From Podarcis tiliguerta (taxonomy: Eukaryota): a stretch of 64,000 nucleotides of DNA. How positions within the stretch are numbered: the stretch's first letter is position 1; each line of letters starts with the position of its first letter. The translations under genes and the position numbers were made by a program. Below, piece by piece: positions 1 through 9,000 of the stretch. The DNA lies in the NCBI GenBank assembly GCA_965153285.1, contig OZ229123.1, one strand, 5' to 3'. The notes beneath the pieces are model-generated. The model was not told the origin of the DNA. It worked only from the letters and a program-made list of their open reading frames with translations, and did not search any database.

Positions 1-314
1 GCGATATTGTTAACTGTTCTATAGTCTTTCCATGGGCAACCTGATTGCAGCTTGTAGATTTCAGCTTATGAACCTCTGCATCTAGTGCTTGACCTTGACT
101 CTGGATTTAGGTAGTACCTCACCCTGTGCTTAATGTCTACCAACCCTGGAGGGTGGCTCTTCCCGCCCATCTGGGCTGTCTTTCTGCCCATGGTCCAGAA
201 AGGAGAATTGGTAGGCTAAGTCCACAGTTCCCTTTTCTGGTCTGAAATGTTTTCACAGACACACACACACTTTTCATTCTAGAGCCCTACAGTATGCTCT
301 GGTTTGCTCTCCAG

Positions 315-456
315 ATCCTCTAGAGATCGGTCTTCAAGGGAGAAATCACGGGAAAGAGACAAGAAAGAGAAGAGCTCTTCTGAACGGCGACACGAAAGCA
401 CGAATGGCAAATCTCACCCTAAGAGATCTGAAGAGAGGGAAGCCGGCGAGATCTGA
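315..456 (+). CDS. LUC7L: LUC7-like U1 snRNP-associated splicing factor, last coding exon (gene begins upstream of the window)
   Basis: Acceptor tttgctctccag|A at 313-314. One nt completes a codon, then SSRDRSSREKSRERDKKEKSSSERRHESTNGKSHPKRSEEREAGEI* (TGA 454-456). RS/RE-rich tail ending EAGEI is typical of LUC7L/LUC7L2; the ESTNGK segment and linkage to NME4 favour LUC7L. Confidence 0.9.
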
Positions 457-971
457 ACTCCGGACGCGATCTGTATTGTACTGTATATATAGTCTTGAGA
501 AATGTTCTACACAGCCCAAATTTTTCTCATTTATATTAACTGAATACAGCACATCTTTTGTAGTTCTGAATTTCTATTGTTTCTGCAGGTAGCAAAGCCA
601 GTAGTGTGACAGTTTCCTATACTGTTGACTTGAGACTTTTGTCTTTTAATTGAAAGAAACAAACTCAGTCGCTGGCCTTCAGTGCAGTTTAGCGACTTAA
701 GCAGAATGCAGCAGAAGCAGGCAGAAGCTGTGGGGGTGGCAGGATCATAACGTGCTGTAAAAACTCATGCTCCACCTGCCTATGTTAAAACATCACTTGC
801 CTTTCTATTGCAGACTTGAGTTCATAACATACTAAAGAACCTCAGCAGCGCTGGTACCCTCCCCCCTTTCTAAATATGGCAGGTTCATGTAATGTTTCTG
901 ATATCCAAGACACTTAGCTAAATATGAACAAGCCAGATTGGTCAAAAGTAACCTACACCACAGCCTAGCTT

Positions 972-977
972 AATAAA
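972..977 (+). terminator. Proximal poly(A) signal candidate for LUC7L
   Basis: AATAAA about 515 nt after the stop, followed by gttgttttgg. Confidence 0.5.
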
Positions 978-2242
978 GTTGTTTTGGGACAGCTGTACAA
1001 CATGGCACAATATCTCTTCTTTTTTGTTGTAGTAGTTGTATTTAGAGCTTGGTGAAAGTAGCACAGCATTTAAAATTTAAATGGATGTTAATTGGATTAT
1101 TTTGTCAAGTTATGCAACTCATCAGTGTGAATTTTGCACTTCGGGACTTCCATTTTTCTGTGTCTGCTTCCTAATTTCCAGGTTGCCAGTATTGATCCCA
1201 CTGAATATAAATAATGTTGTTCCCTGATGGAGAAGTCCTGGTGTAAGTGGGATGGGATTCCTCACACTGCAGCCTCAAACCGGAAGGCACGTTAGAGCAA
1301 TTCCATTAAGAGCAGTGTTTACAGTAACACAGAATGACTCTACCAATTTGGCAGATGAGGACCTGGCATGGGGAGCTCTGTCGTGGGACAAACAAACAAC
1401 TCCCACATCTAGATTGATTCTGCAGTTACAGAGGGGTGGGGTGGGGGAGCAAGATGCACTATTCTTGTTGGCGGCAGTTAAGCAGATTGCAATGCTGCCA
1501 AGACTGCATTTGCAGTGACAACCTGAAACACAGCTGGTAGGGGTGTGTCAAAGAAGTAGAGGGGCATAATCATAGTCATGTACTTCAGGTTCTTTTAATA
1601 ACTGCTGATAGCAGCAGAAAACAGTCAAGGTGCTGCTGCAGAGAGTGGTGTCCAGGGTACTAGGAGTTTTTGACTTTTTATTTGTATAATTATCTAGTAG
1701 CTTACTGACCAATTCCTGTGTGCCTCTTCTTCCCTCCAACTCCCTTTTTTTCTTTTTCTTTTTTGTGCTGCAGAATTGTGTTCATCAATGCATGTTTAAT
1801 CAAGTTTCTTTTCCGTTTTATTCTCACTGCTGAATTCTACCTTCCCCCCCGCCCCAAGAGGAGTGGTTGAGTGTGTGTTCTCTCAGCCTTTTGTGTGTTT
1901 GTGAGTGACTACCAGGAGAACTAATGAGCCAGCAGAAGGAGCAGATGTGTTTCCTTTGGGGAAATCGGATTCAGACCTACAGCTGCCATTGGGACAGGTA
2001 ATATCTGGGCATACTCAGACCTAGAAGGTGTTGCCCTCTGGAATGTCAGAGGGCGCAGTGAGAAGCCAGCAAGGCATATCGTATTGAGTGTATAAAATAT
2101 TAGGAATTCATCCCTCTGTGGGGTTTTTATGTTTAGTATGAGCAGTTTGATCCTTAACAGCACCTTTGTTTGCCTTTGAGGGATATTGGTCTAAGTAACA
2201 AAGATGTAAGTAAAACGCTCTTCTCTTGCCAGTCTTATTCAC

Positions 2243-2248
2243 ATTAAA
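2243..2248 (+). terminator. Distal poly(A) signal candidate for LUC7L
   Basis: ATTAAA followed by GU/U-rich sequence (tctttgtgg, tctgttttggtgt); marks the end of a stretch with no recognisable repeats. Confidence 0.35.
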
Positions 2249-2819
2249 AGCTTATCTTTGTGGCTCGGAGTGAACAGTCTGTTTTGGTGTAACCCTTAAT
2301 GCTTGAAATTTCCATGAGCAACTCAGCCCTGTCTCTACTGTCAGGCAACCGAAGAGACTGGAGTAAGTTTAATTACAGATGTTGCAAAAATGGGAAGGAA
2401 GGACCTAGGAATGGGGAAACCTTTCTGTGGACTAATGCAATAGATACCCTGGGCACATGAAGAAAAACTTGACATTTATATGGCACTTTTCAGAGCACCA
2501 CTTTAGTCATCTTTACAGCAAATGTTCAGGGCAGGGCTATACCACAAATGGGAGCTGCAGCAGAATGTCGCAGTGTCCCACGTGAGTGCGGATCTGCAGT
2601 TCTAGTTGTCCAGCATACTATAAATTCAAGCTGCCCAATTTCTTCCTCCTTAATCCCTTTCTGTATTTCTTTTCCAAGGAACACATGACATTCAGTTGCT
2701 CCTGGAGGTCACTGAAAACGCTCCATTTCCTTTGAGCTATTTGGTAGGAAGGTGCTGTTCCTCCATTTGGGACTTCCAAAATGTTTTGCATTTCTGAGTT
2801 CAACCAAGGAGAGCCCACT

Positions 2820-3055
2820 ATCGTCCAAGGGAGTTAGTTCCACTTGTCATAGACAGCTCTTGCTGTCAGCAAGTTCTTCCTAATGCTACATTGGAATCTC
2901 CCTTCTTGCCATTTGAATCAATTTGTTTGGGCCCTCCCTGCTGGAGCAGCGGAAAACAAACCTGTTCCATCCTCCGTGTGACGGCCCTTCAGATCTTTGA
3001 AGGTGGCCAACCACTCAGTCTTCTCCATGCTGAACATACCCAAGTCCCTCACCCA
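2820..3055 (-). mobile_element. CR1 LINE ORF2 3' fragment (degenerate)
   Basis: Minus-strand translation VRDLGMFSMEK...FKDLKGRHTEDGTGLFSAAPAGRAQTN resembles the CR1 ORF2 C-terminus and the copy at 16.1-16.7 kb. Confidence 0.8.
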
Positions 3056-4902
3056 TTCCCAAATTACCCCAAAGCCTCTGCATGTTGGGGTGGGAGTAAG
3101 ACAGGAGTGTGGAAGCACAGGCTTGGGGGCTAAATGTGGCCCCAACTCTTTCCAGCTCACATGCCTGGTGATTCTGTGCTGGGCCCTTGAGTGCTTTTTG
3201 CCAGGCTGTATTGCATCCTTGAACTGTGAGCAGGCCTCTTGCTTGGCTGGATAGGGAAGGGAATTGTTATTCCCTAAAAACAGCCAGTTGCAGCAGCCAC
3301 CCAGGAGCAGACAGCATGCTGAGATTTCCAAGCCATCAAGACTAATCACTTGGCAACCAAGGTAACTTGAAACACAGCTTCTTGTTCCCCATCTTCAAGG
3401 GCCCAAAGACCTGGAGAGCAGACTAATGTCCTGTTGCTAGGAGGGGAAAGTAGCAGTGGAGCAGAGCAGATTATTAACATTTCATGCAAGCTGCCCTGTC
3501 TACATGTGGGCCCTAGCTTTCGATCTTTTGCATTGCTTAGGCATATAGTTTTGTCTCCTGCGGTAGGAAAACCTAAGTGCCCTCAAGTTGCTTAAAAAAA
3601 CAACTGTTTTAGAGATGTGTACATTGCAGTCCTGCGGTCTTTATATGGGAAGAAGCCCCCATTGCAGACAGTGGGACTGACTTCAAAGAGCAAACGTGCC
3701 TAAGATTGGGTGGCTATTTACCTTCTGCCCACAAAAGCGTATGGTTTGCTCTGGAGAATTGGGCCAGGTTCATTGCCCCTCAGAATCTATGCTAAAGTTC
3801 ATCACTAACCACAAGGCAGCAGTTTCTGCTGAGAAAGTAGCCCCCTCTTACCTACCTCTGGGCTTTAAGATCTTCACATGGCTAGCAACTTTCCTTGTGC
3901 GAATGTCATAGGATGCCAGATCCCCAACAAAGGAGGCCCTTAGAAACACGTTTTCATGAGGCAAGGAATGTCGGCTTGAATACAAACTCAGTAAGATTTG
4001 TGTCATTCTGGTCCTTGCACCAGATGGAAGCTCAAACAAAATCACCTAATTCTGTTAAACTCCTGCTTGGGAAAACAGCAGCCCTTATTCAAGTTTTCTG
4101 TTGCAATTGACCATGTTATCCAACGCAAAAGCTAGCAAAGCCTCTGGAATCTAGGTGCTTTTCTGCTGCGATGTGCCCTTTATTGCTCTGACCCAAACAG
4201 AAGTGTTTAGGCCAAGGAAGCAACATTTCTGCCTTCCTCACTCTCCCCGGAACAATTAATGTAAATAGGAATGAGTTACAAGACTCACAGGTAGGGCCAA
4301 GGTCATAATTTTCTCCGGCACAACCAAGGTACCCACAAACCCTCCTTTAGAGAGGACAGTCTTCTGTTTGAAGGACTGTCCAGTATAACAAAGAGAACCA
4401 TAAGAAAGGTCCTTGAAGGTGCCAATCAACATTTAAGCACATGAAGAAAAGGCTAAGCAGGGACACAGGGTCACAGTCCTCCCCACTGTGCTGAGAGCTT
4501 TTCTACTTAAAGTATAGGACTTATTTCTCCATTGTGCACATACTAATTAGCATATGCAAATTGCATGTGAATCTGTCGTTTGGTTTGGGAGCCTTTTGTG
4601 GTGATGCTTGTTTTTATTTCATAAAGCTGATACACAACTTGACTGTAAAAAAACAAAACAAACCCTCAACACAGTTTTTGCAGAAAGAATAAAATAATGA
4701 ATGATCAGCTTAAAAAAAAGGTAAAAAGACCTCTTTAAAACATTAAATAATTACAATCGACAAGAAGCTAAAAACCAGACTGAAATACACATTGACATTC
4801 TACATGTCTGGATAACCTTACCTAAACAATGTTTATAGCAGGTGCTGGAAAAGACTACAGAAAAGATGCCTGCCTGATGTCAACAGGCAGAGTTTCAAAG
4901 TT

Positions 4903-5259
4903 TAAGGTAAAAGGTAAAGGTACCCCTGCCCGTACGGGCCAGTCTTGACAGACTCTAGGGTTGTGCGCCCATCTCACTCAAGAGGCCAGGGGCCAGCGCT
5001 GTCCAGAGACACTTCCGGGTCACGTGGCCAGCGTGACATCGCTGCTCTGGCGAGCCAGAGCCGCACATGGAAACGCTGTTTACCTTCCCGCTAGTAAGCG
5101 GTCCCTATTTATCTACTTGCACCCGGGAGTGCTTTCGAACTGCTAGGTTGGCAGGCGCTGGGACCGAACAACGGGAGCGCACCCCGCCGTGGGGATTCGA
5201 ACCGCCGACCTTTCGATCGGCAAGCCCTAGGCGCTGAAGCTTTTACTCACAGCGTCACT
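4903..5259 (-). mobile_element. Sauria SINE, near full length
   Basis: (AAAGGT)n tail at 4903-4922, i.e. (ACCTTT)n on minus; tRNA-like head with B-box GGTTCGAATCC on minus near 5195; CpGs retained. Confidence 0.9.
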
Positions 5260-5648
5260 AGGTGCTGCCATATTAAAAAGATTGATTTCTTACCAATGGA
5301 GAACAGGTATGTGTACCAGTTGGGCATATTGAAGTGGTAAATGGGGCATATATCAGGTGAGGCAATCTGCTAGGTGATGCATCATCACCTAGTTCCTGCA
5401 GTGTTGAGGTGCAAAAGACCATCTTTACCTAAATCCTATTTTCCTGCATTCTTCTCTTACAAGGCTGTCCATTCACAATCAGGTGGCCACTCACACATCA
5501 CCTTAAAAACAGGAGCAAAATGGCTAGCTTCATTAATGTAGAGATGCAAACAGAGAAAGGGATTACAAGTTAATAACAGGCCCAAATACAGACTTCCAAT
5601 TTCCAGGCACAAAGAACAGAACCAGGTTTGTAGAAACAGTTTGGTTTT

Positions 5649-5654
5649 TTTAAT
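5649..5654 (-). terminator. NME4 poly(A) signal candidate
   Basis: ATTAAA on minus about 280 nt after the stop, followed by GU-rich ggttctgttctttgtg. Confidence 0.4.
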
Positions 5655-5934
5655 GTGAGACCCGTAATTCCATGACTTCTGCCACGGATGTAAATCTCTC
5701 CAATCAAGTAGCACAGTGAGCAGAGAGCAAGGTGTGGCCTGTGCAAAGGGGGTGCCTGCTCCTTGCCCCCTCCCAAGAAAAGCCAAAGTGGTTGAAGTGC
5801 AATAATCCCACCCTCCTCCAAACACACCCCATCAAAGCCCGCAGTACACAGACTGGAATGTGAATCGCTTCAGAAAGGCAGTCCATGGGCAGAGGTAGTA
5901 GGTCCCATGCTGGGGTGTGGATCAAGCCAGGCCC

Positions 5935-6055
5935 TCAGTGTTCATACAGGATTTTCTGATCGCAACAATCCCAGTCTATCAGCTCGTTGCTGCGAAACCA
6001 AAGGCTGATCTCTCTCTGGGCTGTCTCCAGGGAGTCGCTGGCGTGGACAACGTTC
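5935..6055 (-). CDS. NME4: NME4 exon 5 (coding part)
   Basis: [39 protein letters not shown]; 121 nt. Confidence 0.95.
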
Positions 6056-9000
6056 CTGTTTACAGGGGAAACCTCACAATGAGGGCATATCGTAGGTTAA
6101 GGTCCTATCTATCCTACAGCTACAAAAACAACCCACCCAATTTTATATCCCTTTTAACTGTTACAACCTACTTCCCCCAAATAAGTTGTAGATGGATGAG
6201 GGGACCAAGAACTCTTTCCTGAATTGCTACAGAATTCCCGAGGAGGAACAGCTGGGTCTGCCTACAGTGTGGCTGCCCTAATGCAGCATCTTGAGCTATC
6301 CTTACCTGGGGCTGAGTCAAGAAGCCACTACAATGCAGTAAAATGATGGAACAAGAGTTTCCCTGCAGAACCTCCAGAGGCAAAAGGAACTTCCCAGGGG
6401 ACAATCTAGTATCTAATACCTGTTTTAGGCATGAAGGAGGACTTTTAGAACGCTCACTCAAACAAAAACAAGGAAAGAACGAACACATTGGGGAACGAAG
6501 GTTCAGCCCAGTCTACTCTTGCTCTGCAAGATTTCTATTAGCAAGGACATTTTTTAAAACGCCAAATTAAAACTTGATTCCCACAACCCACCCCCCACCC
6601 CCGAATCTGTAGTTCCAGCTAGCATAGGCCATTCGGCCATTTTATTCCACTGTAAATGTAGGCAGTAATAAATACAGATCACAAACTAAGGGAAGAGGAT
6701 TTTTAAGCACACACATGGAAAAGTGAAATGGAATTTACAATAGAATGGAAAAACGAGAAAGCAAGGAAAGATCATACAACGCAAAGTGTCGGAACTCATA
6801 CTGACATTTCAACATCTTGATTGGTTCATATAAACACCCTTCCCCTATTATTCATACATGGCACTGTTGAACACTGGTTTCGTTTGACCCAGAAAGCTCA
6901 TTTTCCATACTGACCCTCTCAGGTAACTACATAATGGCAGGAAGAACTATTCTGCAGCGTACTTAAACGAATGATTCACCAGACCAGGAAATGGGACTTA
7001 ACCAAGAGAGTCAGCGTTTTGCATTTTCCTTGGGTAACCAGGCCAGAGACTCGTGTCAAAGTTTGAACCTAGAAGCACCAGGCCAGAGACTCGTGTCAAA
7101 GTTTGAACCTAGAAGCACCAGCAAATCAAGACCGGCCTGGTCAGAGCTCAGTGCCAGAGCACCTGCCTCGCAGGTAGAACATCCCAGATCCCATCTCCAG
7201 CAAGAGCTGGGAGAGACTTCCTGCCCGAAAAACCTGGACAGCCACTGCCAGTCTGTGCAAACAATACGGAGCTAGATGGACTCTGTGCAGAACAACTGCC
7301 TGCATTTCCTGCTATTTTGGTCCCACTCCTACCTGCTGACGTGGACGCTGAAGTCTCCCCGGACGGTGCCTGCCTTGGCTTCCACAGGATTTGTCTCGCC
7401 CACCATAGCCCTGGAGGTTTTGACGACGTTGTAGCCTTCCCAGACCTGAAACAGGACACCATAGAAAAAAGGGCAAAGGCCAGTGGTTCTGACATTCCTG
7501 CTAACAGCTAAACAAGGCAATATGTCTCTATCAGTGCCTTTCATGAAGTACAGAGGTGCTCCCCCAACCAACATCACAGAGTGCCTGATATGGAAGGGGT
7601 GTGGGCAGAGGGGCTTTAATGCATTGCAGCTGGCTATGGGCTTGGTTTGCACCACGGAGCCCAACCTGGAAATTTGCAGTGGGGGGCGGAATCCTCTGTT
7701 GAAGCACACAGGAGCGTCCCTTCACCCTTATGCCTAATACCTATGCAAAACAGTTCTTCCCATATCCAAGACACAAGAGCATCCTCAAAGCAGTACCCAG
7801 ATTTGCATCCCACAATAATAGTGGTGGACCTACATTTCTGGGGTCTGGAGATTGAATTGTCACGGGGGGCCCTGTGCAACCTGCAACGAGGTCTGGGTAA
7901 CCCGTTATCTTCTTTGATGGGGCTATTCCATGACGGATCACAACATGAAAAGCAATTAACTATCACATCTCAGATTTCGATTGTAACTGCTGCACAGTGT
8001 CACTGGTGCGATATAAAATGTTGTAAGCAACATGGACTGAAGTCACTTCTGGGACCCCTCTGGGATTAGGGTCTGGGAGTTTAAGCTTCATTAGTTTCAT
8101 AGTAGATCTGCCCCTGCACAATGGCTAAATGTTCTCCTTCCTCTATCAGAGGCAGCATGCCTACGAAGGCCATTTACTGTGCATCACCAGAGGGGAAACT
8201 GCTGTTGCACCCAGAGGTCCCATTTGTCTGCTTCCCATTGGGGCTTCTGGTTGGCTGACGTGAGAAGAGATGATGGACTAGATGGGCCTCTGGGTATTGG
8301 TGAGAGGGGATGGGGAAGAGAGACTGCCTTACCATGGCAACCACAGGCCCCGAAGTCATGTACTTGATCAGCTCGTGATAGAACGGCTTTCGGCGCAGTT
8401 CGTGGTAGTGTTCTGCCAGGATGCCTTCATTGGCCTGCCAAAACAAAGGGGCATTTGACGTTCAAATGGGCAGAGCCTACTGCTTATGAGACCCCGAGGC
8501 ACGTGTTGGCATGGGTAGATTGTCTTTGGGTCCAAGGGATGGGGGCTTTTGTGGGTTCGTGAACCCCTTGCCCCAGAGGTGCACCTTGAGGAAGGGCTAC
8601 CTGTCCGTGTCTTCTACCTTGTTGAAGGTGGCTGATGACAACATTAACATTTAGATCCCTGGGAGGGATTGAAACTTCCCTCCCCACCCCTTCCCGGAGC
8701 AAGGCTGTGGGTCATGGATAACTCTCTTCTTATTCGCTGATCCCTACAGAAACAGGAAGAAGCGCTCCAACCTACCCCAATGTTTCCTGAGTGCTTGGCA
8801 AGCCTTGATTGCCCCCCATTTCAGCACCCAGTGAGCGTACCTGGAGCAACTTGAGACCCACAAGCTTGAATCCACGTTTTTCAAAGCGTCTGATCACATC
8901 CCCCACCAGCCTCCTCTGCACCCCATCTGGCTTCACGGCTATCAGTGTGCGTTCCTGCAGCCCAGGGACACCTATTGGGCAAAGAAAGGGTGGTTAGACT

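Noticed and set aside
4540-4570. Octamer-containing attagcatatgcaaat
   Set aside because: Appears to sit in repeat-derived sequence; no snRNA gene or PSE recognisable nearby
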